Source of the DNA: Eledone cirrhosa | Taxonomy: Eukaryota | Direction of reading: 5' to 3' | Assembly (NCBI GenBank): GCA_964016885.1 | Contig: OZ024741.1 | Span: 345,712,001 to 345,776,000 of the forward strand | Length of the DNA stretch: 64,000 nt | Shown here: positions 14,701 through 29,670 of the stretch, piece by piece | Numbering within the stretch: the stretch's first letter is position 1 | How the letters are laid out: the number at the start of each line of letters is the position of its first letter | Made by a program: the position numbers and the translations under genes | Notes under the pieces: generated by a model | The model's input: only the letters and a program-made list of their open reading frames with translations | Databases searched by the model: none | Told to the model about the DNA's origin: nothing

Positions 14701-15238
14701 GTGACTTCACTTTTGATAAGTTCCGTTTTATCTATTTTATTTTATTTCAAGTGTAAATTGCCATATAATTGTATTATAAATATTATTAAAACAGGGACAT
14801 CTAACCCAGTTTTAGGAAAATACCAGTCGTGAAAAATTGTTCAGCGGCGGACCATAGAATAGTAGTTTGAGGGCCATGATTTGAGAACACTGATTTATAA
14901 CATGGGAAGAGCGATTTCGAACACAAATGTCTTCAATTTCTGTCTGTTTCGTTTAATTTATAACATGGAAAGAACGGTTTATTTGATTGTCTTTTAAGAG
15001 AGTCAGGAAATATTTGTTCGCTGCGATTAGGGAAATTCTTCTATAAAGAAATAATGGTTCACTTTGCACTATTCAAGGATTGTTATATGTATTTCTTCCT
15101 ATCCCTTGGAATCAGAACAGTTTTTTTCTTCTTACTTTTTCACGATCTGACACACTTTCATTCGATGAGGTATTTTAAGTACAGTGGTTAATAGGAAGTC
15201 CAGCATTTCTTTCTAGTATTCTTTCTTTTCTTTTAATT

Positions 15239-15275
15239 CTTTCTTTCTGTCTTTTTTCTTTCTTTCTGTCTTTTT

Positions 15276-15359
<84 letters not shown>

Positions 15360-15362
15360 TAT
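15239..15362. repeat. (TTTC)n microsatellite
   Basis: Direct reading. Confidence 0.95.
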
Positions 15363-15764
15363 CTTTCTTCTTCACTTCGTTCTTAAAAATGTTTATCCAC
15401 AATTAAATGAATGATCTCCCCTTTTGCATGTTGCAAAATGTGTATGTTTGTCGTTTATATTTCAATGTAAGTTTGAAATAAAACAAAAATTCAAGGAAAA
15501 ATCAAACAAAAGATTTCAAGTCTAACGGTGTACATACATTATTACATCGTTACGTTCATTGTTACAATGGCATAATAAACAACTACTGCTACAACAACAA
15601 CAAAATATACAAAAACTACAACAAAAGCACTGTCAAAACCACTAACTTCGCATTACCACCATAACGTACGCTCCATAGAAAATAAAAAAATGATAATATA
15701 TCAACTTCAACAATAGAGCATTAACTATGTCTATTGTTTAGACACTCTACAATTTCATTTCATT

Positions 15765-15832
<68 letters not shown>

Positions 15833-15837
15833 CCTAC

Positions 15838-15921
<84 letters not shown>

Positions 15922-15949
15922 ATATATATATATATATTATATATATATA

Positions 15950-16022
<73 letters not shown>

Positions 16023-16533
16023 AATGCGTGCTTGTGTGCGAAAAAAATTACACATTCTGTAGTCCTAGTGATGCCACATTCGAATATATACACACAATTG
16101 TACACAGATTCTCTTACAACCACAAATACATCTACAAAATTTGTAAAACAAACGCACGCGCACACACACACACAGTCACCCACACACACCCACACATACA
16201 CACAGACATACGCAGAAACACACACGTAGACACACATGTTGTATATATGTTGTTGTTTTAATGCGGATGTTAGTTGATTGTCAGAGTTAAACTTTATCAC
16301 CGCAGTCAATGAGTTATGGAGTAATCAGGGTTAAGCACGCCACGCCAGTTGTCCCCATTCAAGTAAGAACTGGTATAACGTAGACTGATATCCAACGGAG
16401 TATTGGTATGTTAATAAATATTACTTTGGTTTGTTATAAACATTTCAGAGGCGTTAGGCAAAGTCATGTAAGTATAGCACGTCCTCATATATATATATAT
16501 ATATATGGCAAAGTCACGTACGTCTAGCACATC

Positions 16534-16567
<34 letters not shown>

Positions 16568-16653
16568 GACGTGCTAGACTTACGTGACTTTGCCTAACGC
16601 CTCTGAAATGTATATAACAGTCGTTATTATAATGTATATAACAGTCGTTCCAA

Positions 16654-16716
16654 GTATATTCTTATGCGCATTTCAGAACACAATGAGATGATATCTGCGT
16701 TTTCATCAGATAAAAC
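16654..16716 (-). ncRNA. Type I hammerhead motif (left arm copy)
   Basis: Reverse complement: ttttat-CTGATGA-aaacgcag...tgtgttct-GAAA-tgcgca-TA-agaat. Confidence 0.65.
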
Positions 16717-17769
16717 AGGGATACATGATATGAAGGTTAAAAAACACTTGTGAATAGTGAAGTTTTAAATCAACATATGAAAAATAATTTAAGATTGATG
16801 TGTGATATTGGGAAAAAGTGAGGGGGGAGGGTTTGGAAAGGGTGAGAAAGAGGAGGAGATGAGAGTAGAGAATGGTGGGGGAGGAGTATAAGAAGGAAGG
16901 ATGAGAGAGGAGGAGAGATGGGCGATGGAGAGAGAGAGATAGCCTTTACAACTGAGAAAAATATATATTGTATCACAGAGAGAAGTTAAAGCCGTTGGAA
17001 GATAATAGATAATTTAAAAGAATTTGAAATTAAAAGTTGATGAAGAGAAAAAGGGGGTTAGGAATAATATTAAATTAAGGTTTGTATATTGAAGGGTTTA
17101 ATAATATGTGCGAGGAAAAGAAATTGTTAATATGTATTATTAAAATAAAAATATTAATGTTATTAAGGATATACTGTGAAAAGAAGTAGAAGATTGGATG
17201 AGTTATGAATTTAGAGGAATTATTTAGTGTTTAAGTTTGTTTTTATGTAATGTAATATGTGTGCGTAATATATGTAAATAGTTTGTTTACAAATGAGCGC
17301 AGAAAACAAAGAAGACAATAATGTTTAAGAAAGAAAAAAATCTAACATCAAAATATATATGTTTACGAAATGTTTTCTAATGGTAATGATATAATATAAT
17401 AAACGAGATTAGTTAGGGTTTGTTTTTATGTATTGTAATATGTAACATGTAAAAGTCAGACGAGCATGAAAGGGAGAAAAATATAAGGAACTAAGGAGGA
17501 AAAATCTAACGTAAAAAAAAATGTTTATGTTTACGAAGGATTATTAAAGGTAATACTATAATGTATTTAAAAGGTAATAATAATTTTTATGGCCAAAGAC
17601 ATGAAGAAAGATGGAAGAGTGGATATGTTGTGGTGAGTAATAATAAGAATTGAGAAGTAGTTAGGAAGAAGAAGTATAGATTAGAGGTTAGAAATTAAAA
17701 ACAAAAAAGAAGAAAGAAAAGAGGAAGAAAGGAAAGTGATAAAGAGGAATGATATAGAATGAGTATGTT

Positions 17770-19263
17770 TAGAATTCAACAATGAATACTGGACTAGAGC
17801 TGATACCTCCAACAGCTTTGATATCACAATGGGTGCATCCGATTCATCGCAATTGACTGATTTGATTGGTATCTTTATTTTGAATTCTTTAAATCGGAAA
17901 ATTCCTCAACTTCGCGGTGGAATTTATCGTGACGATGGACTTTTACTATCTTAAATTGCAATTTAGTTAACCTTAATATTATTAAGAACAATATACGTGA
18001 TCTCTTTAACCAACATAACCTAAAAATTGAATTTGATAACAACGTCAAACTAGCTAACTTCTTGGATATATCCCTTAATCTTGACACTGGCCTATATTAC
18101 CATTACCATAAAAACAATGAGAATCTAAATTATGTTAATTTTAAATCTAACCACCCCATTAACATAAAAAATTCTATAGTTAGTAATATTGGAAAATGAT
18201 ATCAAACCTATCTTCTAATAAAAATCTCTTTGATGCTAACGCCAATTACTATAATAATGCGCTTTCTAAAGCCGGTTATCCTGATAAAATTAAATACAGT
18301 AAAGAAACCAACCCTAGAAGATCTTACAGTAAAATAATTAACTATGATCATTCCATTAACTTAAATAAAAGACCTAGATACAAAAATATAATCAGGTTTA
18401 ATGCTCCTTTCTCTATTTCTATTAATAATAATATTCCTAAATTATTCTTTAGGGCCTTAGATAAATGCTTCCCTCCATCACATATCTATAGTAAAATATT
18501 TAACAAACATACAATAACATTTTCCTATTCCACCTCCTCCAACATCTCCAACATTATCTCTAAACACAATAATAGAATATTAAATACTAAATCACATCCT
18601 TCCAACACTGAATGTCATAATAATAGCAGTAGTACTCCCGACGTCATTGTTAACTCTAGGCTAATTTCTGAAAACTCAAATACAACGTCAAACGTAACTT
18701 CGTCGATTGTTCATAATACCAATCTAAATCAGGAAACTATTATTCCTATCGTAAATAACTTCTCCAATCCAATTCCTCCTATAAATGACACTAGGTCACT
18801 TGTTAATAACTCTATTAATCTCTCTAATCGCAATTGTAATTACCCTGTTAAAACTAAATGTCCTCTCAATAACCATTGTCTTAAAAAAACCTTAGTCTAT
18901 GAATGTAAAGTTATAACTGATACCAATTCCTTTACATATTTCGGTTCCACTTCCACCTCCTTCAAAGTGAAATTTTATAATCACAATTCTTCTTTTAAAT
19001 ACCAACTTAAAATAACTAACGCGGCACTCTCAGAACTCATATGGTCCTTGAAAGACAAAAATATTAACTATAACATCTCTTGGAGGAAAGTTTGTTCTGC
19101 CTCTCCCTACTCGAATGCCTCCCTATCTAGAACGTGTAATCTTTCTTTATCTGAGAAATTTACCATTATATCTAATTTAGATTCTATAATAAATAGACGC
19201 ACTGATTTATTTTCTCTCTGCTTGCATAAATTCCACAGAACATTCCATAAAGTATACAGCTAA
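17770..19263 (+). pseudogene. 5'-truncated PLE RT + GIY-YIG endonuclease (CxLC C-terminal type, tentatively Hydra-like)
   Basis: FDITMGASDSSQLTDLIG, GGIYRDDG, KSNHP, FNAPFS, CPLNNHCL, LVYECKV..YFGST..FK..YNH, LSELIWSLK, CNLSLSEK; frameshifts upstream of the 355 aa ORF 18196-19263. Confidence 0.9.
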
Positions 19264-20432
19264 TATCTAATACTTTACTAGTTTAAAATCCTTTTTTCTC
19301 AAAGGCTTATATGTATATTTCTTTAAAAATATACCCATCTTTCTACCTTATTTCAATATTATTTATTATACATTATATAATACTAGTTACTCATTCTATA
19401 TCATTCCTCTTTATCACTTTCCTTTCTTCCTCTTTTCTTTCTTCTTTTTTCTTTTTAATTTCTAACCTCTAATCTATACTTTTTCTTCCTAACTACTTCT
19501 CAATTCTTATTATTACTCACCGCAACATATCCACTCTTCCATCTTTCTTCATATCATTGGCCATAAAAATTATTATTACCTTTTAAATACATTATAGTAT
19601 TACCTTTAATAATCTTTCGTAAACATAAACATTTTTTTTTACGTTAGATTTTTCCTCCTTAGTTCCTTATATTTTTCTGCCTTTCATGCTCGTCTTACTT
19701 TTACATATTACATATTACAATACATAAAAACAAACCCTAACTAATCTCGTTTATTATATTATATTATTACCATTAGAAAATATTTTGTAAACATATATAT
19801 TTTGATGTTAGATTTTTTTCTTTCTTAAACATTATTGTCTTCTTTATTTTCTGCGCTCATTTGTAAACAAACTATTTACATATATTACGCACTCATATTA
19901 CATTACATAAAAAGAAACTTAAACACTAAATAATTCCTCTAAATTTATAACTCATCCACTCTTCTACTTCTTTTCACAGTATATCCTTAATAACATTAAT
20001 ATTTTTATTTTAGTAATACATATTAACAATTTCTTTTCCTCGCACATTATTAAACCCTTCAATATACAAACCTTAATTTAATATTATTCCTAACCCCCTT
20101 TTTCTCTTCATCAACTTTTAATTTCAAATTCTTTTAAATTATCTATTATCTTCCAACGGCTTTTTAACATCTCTCTGTGAGACAATATATATTTTTCTCA
20201 GTTGTAAAGGCTATCTCTCTCTCTCTATCACCCATCTCTCCTCCTCTCTCATCCTTCCTTCTTATACTCCTCCCCCACCATTCTCTACTCTCATCTCCTC
20301 CTCTTTCTCACCCTTTCCAACGCCCCCCTCACTTTTTCCCAATATCACACATCAATCTTAAATTATTTATCATATGTTGATTTAAAACTTCACTATTCAC
20401 AGGTGTTTTTTAACCTTCATATCATGTATCCT

Positions 20433-20503
20433 TATTTTATCTGATGAAAACGCAGATATAATCTCATGATGATATTTGTTTTTGAAATGCGCATAATAAA
20501 ATA
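20433..20503 (+). ncRNA. Type I hammerhead ribozyme, canonical core
   Basis: tattttat-CTGATGA-aaacgcagatat...atatttgttttt-GAAA-tgcgca-TA-ataaaata; 8 bp stem I, palindromic stem III. Confidence 0.85.
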
Positions 20504-20942
20504 CTTGGAACTCTTTTAACCATCTTTTGATCTTATATTATATATATATATATAAGTATTGGTGTCGTGAAATAGTTACGTTTACGAGTTGAGTTGTTTA
20601 AACTCAGTATATCATTAAATATACAATACGTACATTCATATATACATCACTATTTCATAGCACCAATACTAATTTCTAATTTATCCTGGGCCGGCAACCG
20701 CTCTCTATGTTAATGAGTTTAAACAGCTCGTAAACATAACTGTAATTCTATAAAAATCCAGCGTATAGGCATGTAGTCTTGACAACCACTAACAAGTGAG
20801 AAGCAGTACGGCTGATCACCCCCTTTGATTTTGCCGACACTAAGTATGTGACGTTAGTCACTACCTTAAAATTCATAGCGAATTACCTCCAAAATGTTTT
20901 AAAATCAGCATACAGTATATTATTAAATATACAATACGTACA

Positions 20943-21189
<247 letters not shown>

Positions 21190-21382
21190 AAGGTGTGTGG
21201 CTGAGTGGTTAGAGAACTGGATTCGCAATAGTGAGGTTGTGAGTTCGATTTCTGGACCGGGCGATGCGTTATGTCCTTGAGCAAGACACTTTATTTCACG
21301 TTGTTCCTTCTACCTGGAGTTGCGACCGATAGATAGTATTAGAAATTGGTTTCCTCGGTCCGATTTGACGAAAGTCGATCGT
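21190..21382 (+). mobile_element. tRNA-derived SINE, family B
   Basis: GGCTGAGTGGTTAG A box, GAGTTCGATT B box, GTCCTTGAGCAAGACACTT core. Confidence 0.8.
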
Positions 21383-21385
21383 TAG

Positions 21386-21417
<32 letters not shown>

Positions 21418-21488
21418 GAGGACGTGCTAGACTTACGTGACTTTGCGTGACTATATATATATACTGTGTGTATATATATATGTATATA

Positions 21489-21527
<39 letters not shown>

Positions 21528-21592
21528 ATATGTGTGTGTGTATGTATATGTATGTATATGTATATATATACATATACATATATATATATATA

Positions 21593-22112
21593 TTTAAAAA
21601 ATAAAGGTGCGACACACGAGTTGTGATATATTAGTAAAAAGGAAAAAGAAAATGCTGACAAATTTTTCCCAATAAAAAATAGTTCAATTAGGAATAAGTA
21701 TAAATTATTAATAAGTATTAGTTAGTATTCAGTTTAGTTTTAAGTTTTTACCGGTTGCGCATTTCTTATGCTTTTCAAAAACAATTTTGAGATAGAGCGC
21801 TCGTGATTATTGCTTTAATCTGACTAGTTTTGGAAATTCTTCCTGTTTTATGTGTAAAAAGTGGCTGCATAGGTATTAAGATTTGGTTGGTTGTTGAATG
21901 TCACGTGAAAAAGCACTATAAATTTCGCGTCAAATCGTGTTGCAAAAATTCTTGTAGTCAAAATAATTTTGATTGGTCGGTAGAAGTCACGTGAATGTTA
22001 AAATTGATTTTAGCGTGAACTGGTTTCGCGCCGAATGTAGGTTTGCCGAAGAGTGTCCTTTTCCGCTTGATTGAGTTGCAGTCATGTTGAGAAGTCACTG
22101 AAGAATATGTCT
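21593..22112 (-). mobile_element. PLE 3' end related to 43560-44060
   Basis: Collinear blocks CGCGAAATTTAT, AGCCACTTTTT, ATCTCAA, hammerhead, ACTCGTGT..CACCT; 22081-22112 is repeated inverted at 22710-22741. Confidence 0.7.
21746..21781 (-). ncRNA. Minimal hammerhead motif, U3-A8 variant, GAAA mutated to GCAA
   Basis: Reverse complement: ttt-TTGAAAA-gcat.aagaa.atgc-GCAA-ccgg-TA-aaa. Confidence 0.6.
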
Positions 22113-22242
22113 GATGTTAATGATGTTCTTTTGAGAGAATCGCTTTTGCAAATGACTGAAAATATCGAATAATGTACGCCATTTTTACCAGTACCACAAA
22201 AATACTGGTCCATCCACACACACACACACACACACACTCACA

Positions 22243-22279
<37 letters not shown>

Positions 22280-22280
<1 letters not shown>

Positions 22281-22628
22281 TATTTGTCTTAATAGACACC
22301 TGAACTGTTGACCTTTCAACACATATCCCTACTGACCATTATCACAACAATGAACCACTTTATTACACACACACACACACGCGCATATTTGTCTTAATAG
22401 ACACCTGAACTGTTGACCTTTCAACACATATCCCTACTGACCATTATCACAACAATGAACCACTTGATTACACACACACACATACACACGCGCGCGCGCG
22501 CGCGCGTACACTAACATACAGACAGACACACACACACACACACACACATATTTGTCTTAATAGACACCTGAACTGTTGACCGTTCAACACATATCCCTAC
22601 TGACCATTATCACAACAATGAACCACTT

Positions 22629-22692
<64 letters not shown>

Positions 22693-22715
22693 ACACACTT
22701 TGTCTTAATAGACAT
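22280..22715 (+). repeat. Tandem repeat: three approx. 85 bp units plus a partial unit, separated by variable (CA)n
   Basis: TTTGTCTTAATAGACACCTGAACTGTTGACC...AATGAACCACTT at about 22282, 22388 and 22551, partial at 22699. Confidence 0.9.
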
Positions 22716-22744
22716 ATTTTTCAGTGACTTCTCAACATGACTTC

Positions 22745-23817
22745 TCACTATCCAGAGCTAACTCCTACACGGGAGGACGCTGTCTGTGTAACTTATGCTC
22801 GGAGGAAACATTACAAATGCTGTTTAAGAAGGACCAACTCCTAAACAAAAAAGACGAACTGGTAACGGCATACAAACACCGATTGTGTAGGACTTACCTC
22901 GCTCTCAAACCCCCCTAACGACCCGGGTCGGTAGACAATGGCTGAAACATCCCACTTGCCGAATAAGATAGGGGAAACCGCAGCTGACATAAGTAGATGT
23001 ACCTCTTTTCTTTTCCTCTCTGTTTCCATTCTTCCCTTTGTCTCCCCCTATCACTCCCGTCCACTCCCGATCTTCTTCCTCTTTCTTTTTTCCCCTTTCG
23101 CCTACCCCGAGGCAGCCCATCGTGCCTCTGTAGCCTCAGTACCCCCACCCCAGTAAATTAAAGATAGCATTGGCCGAAAACGTAATACTAACTAATCATA
23201 GCAGCTGTGTTAGACCCCAGAGATTTTGTATTACTTTTTACTACACAATTCTATAACTTCCAAAATTCTTATTTAGTATCTTCTATTCTCAATTTATTAA
23301 CCTATTCTCTAGCAGTGGCCGAAAAAGCAACACCAACTAATTATAGCAGCTGTTTTGGACTCCACAGTCTTTGCTTTTTATCACTTCTTACTATACAATT
23401 TTATATTTTTATATATCTTTCTCTTATTTTTTTTATTGTCTCCAAATCTCAATTGATTTACCTATTCTATAACACCCCTCCTCTATTTACTCCAGAAACC
23501 TTTTTCGCCTACTTTCATACACAATCCTTAGAATTTGCTGTATAGATTTCACTTTCAACGCTTGACCGGCTCCACCCACTCCCTCATTGCTCTACAAGCA
23601 GGTTCAGCCATCCCCACCTCCCACCCATTGCTATGATAGATTTAATTGTGTTTACAAGAAATTTTGACCAATCCTCTTGACAACTACAATCTTCCCATAT
23701 AAGGAAGTACCCCTTGAAAAGTGGGCTATTTATTTAGCAGGCTAAAAATTCTAATTTAGTCCAGAAATAGCCGTCGAAACGGCTTGAGCTCTGCCGTCGG
23801 GGACATACATTTTCATA
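22745..23817 (+). mobile_element. 5'-truncated PLE: GIY-YIG C-terminus, 3' UTR and hammerhead
   Basis: ANSYTGGRCLCNLCSEETL...LLNKKDELVTAYKH resembles the C-termini at 19.1-19.2 kb and 61.1-61.2 kb; ends in (TA)n. Confidence 0.75.
23710..23802 (+). ncRNA. Type I hammerhead, U3-A8 core, extended stem II, full stem III, GUC site
   Basis: cccc-TTGAAAA-gtgggctattt...aaatagccgtc-GAAA-cggc.ttgagctct.gccg-TC-gggg. Confidence 0.75.
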
Positions 23818-24040
23818 TATATATATTTCGTTTCTGAATTTGTTTAGAAAGATTCTTTATCTGAAAACGTGTGTTGAAACCGATATTGTTATACTTTGGG
23901 AGGGTCATGTTGCCAATAAGAAACACACGTACCAGTCGCTTTCACTCCAATTTATTATAAATTAAAAATTTTTTTAAACATTTTTTTATAAATTTCCGGT
24001 TGGTTGGTTGATTCCACAACCGGACGGTTGTTCATATATT

Positions 24041-24083
24041 GTCAAAGTTCTTTCGTCACACATTCTGTGACCTCTTCAGTGAC
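24041..24083 (-). ncRNA. Minimal type I hammerhead ribozyme
   Basis: Exact reverse complement of 26645-26687. Confidence 0.75.
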
Positions 24084-24283
24084 TAGGGATTCTTTTCTTT
24101 GTTTTTTGCCTCTCATTTGTTCTGTCCTACGCCATCTTGTTTGTGTGTGTGTGTTGTGTGCTTAGTTTGCGCATGTGTTACATCCGGGTATCTGTGTGTG
24201 TTTTTATTTGTTTATTTATTTGTTTATTTACATGTTACTGGTTGGTTGTTTGTTCTATGTATATGTGTGTTTTCATTTTGTCC

Positions 24284-25985
24284 TTAATTGTAAGTTGTGA
24301 TGTTGCTATTCCATTCATGTTTTCTAATAAATTTTGGTTGGAGTTCATTTATGTTTATTGCCTCTGTGATTTGTCTAAACATTGCGTCTTTTCTGTGTGT
24401 AGATTTTATTTTTATTTCTATGTTCTCTAATTTGCCCTTATGTTCTATTTTAGCATGTTGGTGGAGTACTGATGAATCTTTTCTATCTTGAAGCTCTCGC
24501 CAGTGTTCATTTAACCGTTCTCCTATACTACGAGCTGTCTCAGCTATGTACACTATATTCTTATCTTTACATTGTCCTTCAGTACATCTTATGCTATATA
24601 CTATGTTTCTAGTTTTACAGTTAATATGGGGGCTTAGTTTACAGATTATGCATTTCTTATCTAATAAGGGGGGTCTTTGAAAAGGGTATGTATTACTAAT
24701 AAGTGTTTTTATGGAGGTACCTGGTCTTTCTACTATCTTAATATTAAGTTTAATTTTATCTAGGGCCCTTCTAAATTTGTGAGCTAATTCACCCCTAGGG
24801 GTTGTATTGATGAACATTACACTCTGGTATTTATTGCTATCATACCATGAGTTTATTCTATTAACCTTATTCCTAGTTCTTTCTATTCTATTCCAAAATT
24901 TGCTCCTATACAAGGGGCAGGTCCAATTTGTATAATTATTTACCATTTTTTTCCATTTGGTTCTGGCTCCTCTATATACTCTGATTCTATATCTCTGATT
25001 GTAACCAGAAGTGTTGTATGTGTCTCTCTAGTTCTTTGGGGTTGCACATGCGGGATACGTTTCTCATCACCCGTACCAAATCCGCAATCAGTATGTTGAT
25101 TTTGGTGTGATCCAAAACAGCTGAGTTTCGGTGGAAGTCATGGGTTTGGCATAATGGGAATGGAGGATTTGTTTTTTGTTATTAATGGTCTCTAACCAGA
25201 GCTCTGTGTCTAGTACAGGTAATCGATGGTTGGGGTATTTGCTTGGGTAGTCTATAGTAACTCTAATACTCTGGTGGATGGAGTTAGCTATTTGCTGGAT
25301 GCTTTCCATGGTGTTTTTATCTAATTCCTGACTGTTCTCCAGTGGGGGTGTTTTTACTACGATGTTTATATCATCAACGTAGCGAGAGTACATTATCAGG
25401 GTTAAGAGGTTGCTGTCTTCTAATTGTTCTTTAAGTTTATTGTCCCACCATACCATGAATAGGTTAGCTATGTCACCTGCAATGCTAACACCAATGGCTG
25501 CTCTCCTCTTGGGCATACGTTTTTCCATTAAAACTAACCCTTAAGGGTTAGTTTTATACTGTCCCCCACCGCATGTGCAATCATTTTCTTTAGTTCATCG
25601 TGGTTTTCGGGGGTCCGTATGGCTCTAGTCCACCCGTTCCATCTTTCTGTGTGTGTTTTCTTGACCATCGAGGTAATGGTATATCTCTTGCTGGTCTTGT
25701 GGGGCAGAGGTTGCTAAGGTCATACGTATCTAGATAGTCATTACTATAAGTAAGTTTAAGTAGGAGTCCCAGCTCACTGGTATCAATCCCACGGAATTCA
25801 ACATTGTTCTCACTGATCATTTCTACGCATTTCTCCACAGCAAAATCTACGTCAACGGATGGATATAGGGACACAACATCCATACTACCTATTATACAGT
25901 CTGTTAGGTCCCTAGATCGGTTATTTTCCCTGATTCTGCTGAAGAGGTACTCAATGCTGTCACATATATCCGGGGACATTTCAAT
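24284..25985 (-). pseudogene. PLE RT + C-terminal GIY-YIG, third type (tentatively Nematis-like), frameshifted and internally deleted
   Basis: IGSMDVVSLYPSV, IGVSIAGDIANLFMVWWD, YSRYVDDINI, LPVLDTELW, HYAKPM, then NIVYSIRC..C..YIAETARSIGERLNEH..HQH..H. Confidence 0.9.
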
Positions 25986-26644
25986 GATATTAAGATAGTA
26001 GAAAGACCAGGTACCTCCATAAAAACACTTATTAGTAATACATACCCTTTTCAAAGACCCCCCTGTATAGATAAGAAATGAATAATCGGTAAACGAAGCC
26101 CCCATATTAACTGTAAAACTAGAAACATAGTATATAGCATAAGATGTACTGAAGGACAATGTAAAGATAAGAATATAGTGTACATAGCTGAGACAGCTCG
26201 TAGTATAGGAGAACGGTTAAATGAACACTGGCGAGAGCTTCAAGATAGAAAAGATTCATCAGTACTCCACCAACATGCTAAAATAGAACATAAGGGCAAA
26301 TTAGAGAACATAGAAATAAAAATAAAATCTACACACAGAAAAGACACAATGTTTAGACAAATCACAGAGGCAATAACATAAATGAACTCCAACCAAAATT
26401 AAATAGAAAACATGAACGGAATAGCAACATCACAACTTACAATTAAGGACAAAATGAAAACACACACACACATAGAACAAACAACCAACCAGTAACATGT
26501 AAATAAACAAATAAATAAACAAATAAAAACACACACAGATACCCGGATGTAACACATGCGCAAACTAAGCACACAACACACACAAAAATAAGATGGCATA
26601 GGACAGAACAAAGGAGAGCCACAAAACAAAGAAAAGAATCCCTA

Positions 26645-26687
26645 GTCACTGAAGAGGTCACAGAATGTGTGACGAAAGAACTTTGAC
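26645..26687 (+). ncRNA. Minimal type I hammerhead ribozyme
   Basis: gtca-CTGAAGA-g-gtcaca.gaatg.tgtgac-GAAA-gaac-TT-tgac. Confidence 0.75.
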
Positions 26688-26846
26688 AATATATGAATAA
26701 CCGTCCGGTTGTGGAACTAACCAACCAACCGGAAATTTCTAAAAAATAAAAAAATTTTTTTAAAAATTTATAAATTGGAGTGAAAGCGACTGGTGCGTGT
26801 GTTTCTTATTGGCAACACGACCCTCCCAAAGTATTACAATATATAC

Positions 26847-27522
26847 TTACGTAGATTAGAGAGAAACGAAGCCTGCATGCTCCGATGGATGTGTAACAGT
26901 AATATACGTGAACGACAAAGCATAAATGAATTGAGAGAGAGACTGAGCATAAGAGGAATCAAATGCTGCGTGCAGGAGAGGCGGTTACGCTGGTATGGAC
27001 ATGTGATGCGTATGAAGGATGACAGCTGCATAAAAAGGTGCAGAGCACTAGAAGTTGATGGAAACCGCGGAGTGGGGAGACCCAAGATGACTTGGGATGA
27101 GGTGATAAAAGCCGACCTTACCCAACTACACCTCTCAAAGTCAATGACACACGACCGTGACTTCTGGCGTCACGCAGTAATACAGGGTACCCGACCTCCC
27201 ATGGGTACATGCTGAAGCATATAAACAATATGCCCCCCCCCCCCCACCGCAAGGTGGTCGTGGAGGTGCCACGGCAAAAAAGCACCCAGCCCACACTGTA
27301 AAGTGGACGTGTAGGCGCCACGAAAAAGCACCCAGCACTCACTGTAAATGAGGTTGGTGTTAGGAAGGGCATCCAGCTGTAGAAATCAAGCCAGATCAGT
27401 TCCTGTATGAGCAAGGCATGGTCAGCCGACCAGACACTGCCCACAACAGGACAACCCGTCTAACCCATGCTAGCGTGGAAGAACGGACGTAAAACGGTGA
27501 TGATGATGATGATGATGATGAT
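26847..27522 (+). mobile_element. 5'-truncated RTE-clade LINE (RT C-terminus, 3' UTR, (GAT)n tail)
   Basis: RLERNEACMLRWMC, RRLRWYGHVMR, GNRGVGRPKMTW; ends in (GAT)n at 27498-27522. Confidence 0.85.
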
Positions 27523-28192
<670 letters not shown>

Positions 28193-28200
28193 TATATATA

Positions 28201-28622
<422 letters not shown>

Positions 28623-28623
28623 T

Positions 28624-28727
28624 ATGATAAGTCGGCTATTCATTTACCAGACTAAAAATTCTAATTTAGTCCAGAAATAGCCGTCGAAAAGGCTTGAGCT
28701 CTGCCGTCGGCGACATACATTTTCATA
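28624..28727 (+). ncRNA. 5'-truncated hammerhead of the GUC family
   Basis: TGATAA-gtcggctatt...aatagccgtc-GAAA-aggc...gccg-TC; homologous to 23710-23802. Confidence 0.55.
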
Positions 28728-28781
28728 TATATATATATATACATATTTATATGTATATATGTGTATATATATATACATATG

Positions 28782-28816
<35 letters not shown>

Positions 28817-28875
28817 GTATATATATATATATGTATATATATGTATATATATATGTATATGTACATATATATATG

Positions 28876-28951
<76 letters not shown>

Positions 28952-28984
28952 TATGCATATATATATATATATATATATATGCAT

Positions 28985-29016
<32 letters not shown>

Positions 29017-29374
29017 GTGTGTTGTATATGAATACATTTATATATATCTATGTCTTTTTGATAATATACATTCATAGTGTCGTCTATAGGTAACTACCTA
29101 GAGATATATGTATATACAGGCTGAGTTGGTTACCTTCTAGACAATGTATTTTTATTACAATATTCACAAATAACGTTTTGAACATCCGCTTATTTGTGTG
29201 CGAAATACCATGGTTAAATTTGTTTAACTTCTTTTGTCTGATCAAGTTATAATTTCGTAATGTAAGACCAGAATGTTAGTAAGTATAAATGTTGGAATTA
29301 TAAATTTTGGACTGCCTGGTTACTTGTGATTCACCGTGTATACAGTTACATGTAACATATAGTATACACGCATT

Positions 29375-29670
29375 CAGGCGGTGTTAGAACGTCTGATAGA
29401 ATCCTTTATGTTATTCGTTCCGACTCTCTATTCTCTGAGTTCAAATCCCGCCGAGGTCAACTTTGCCTTTCGTCCTTTCGAGGTCGATAAAAAAGTACCA
29501 GTCTACTACTGGGGTCGATTCTGCCTCTATATCTCTTTCTCATTTCCCCTCTCTCACTTTCTATCTTTCTCTGGAAGAAATGTGTTGTACTCTGGCCAGG
29601 CTTAAAATGCCCAAGAAACGCCCTATGTCAATACGTTGTCCCTACGGCTCTATCAGGAGTTACGGGACCA
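29375..29670 (+). mobile_element. SINE family A long form with CT-rich linker
   Basis: GAGTTCAAATCCCGCCGAGGTCAACTTTGCCTTTC core; a related inverted copy lies at 30030-30536. Confidence 0.75.

Larger units (their letters stand above)
16563..20511. mobile_element. Penelope-like element with approx. 1.12 kb inverted pseudo-LTRs
   Basis: 16647-17765 is the reverse complement of 19388-20511; extra tail 16563-16646 abuts (TA)n; PLE ORF lies between the arms. Confidence 0.9.
23826..26842. mobile_element. Penelope-like element with approx. 860 bp inverted arms
   Basis: 23883-24744 is the reverse complement of 25987-26842; both arms carry the GIY-YIG domain and a hammerhead. Confidence 0.9.

Noticed and set aside
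22280-22715. Repeat-spacer pattern resembling a CRISPR array
   Set aside because: Units are about 85 bp, spacers are (CA)n microsatellites, the context is eukaryotic and there are no cas genes
26079-26081. In-frame TGA at a conserved Cys of the PLE linker (TGC in the other arm), suggesting selenocysteine
   Set aside because: Single substitution in a decayed copy whose neighbouring Cys is also mutated; no SECIS seen; Sec-encoding PLEs (Naiads) have an N-terminal endonuclease, unlike this element
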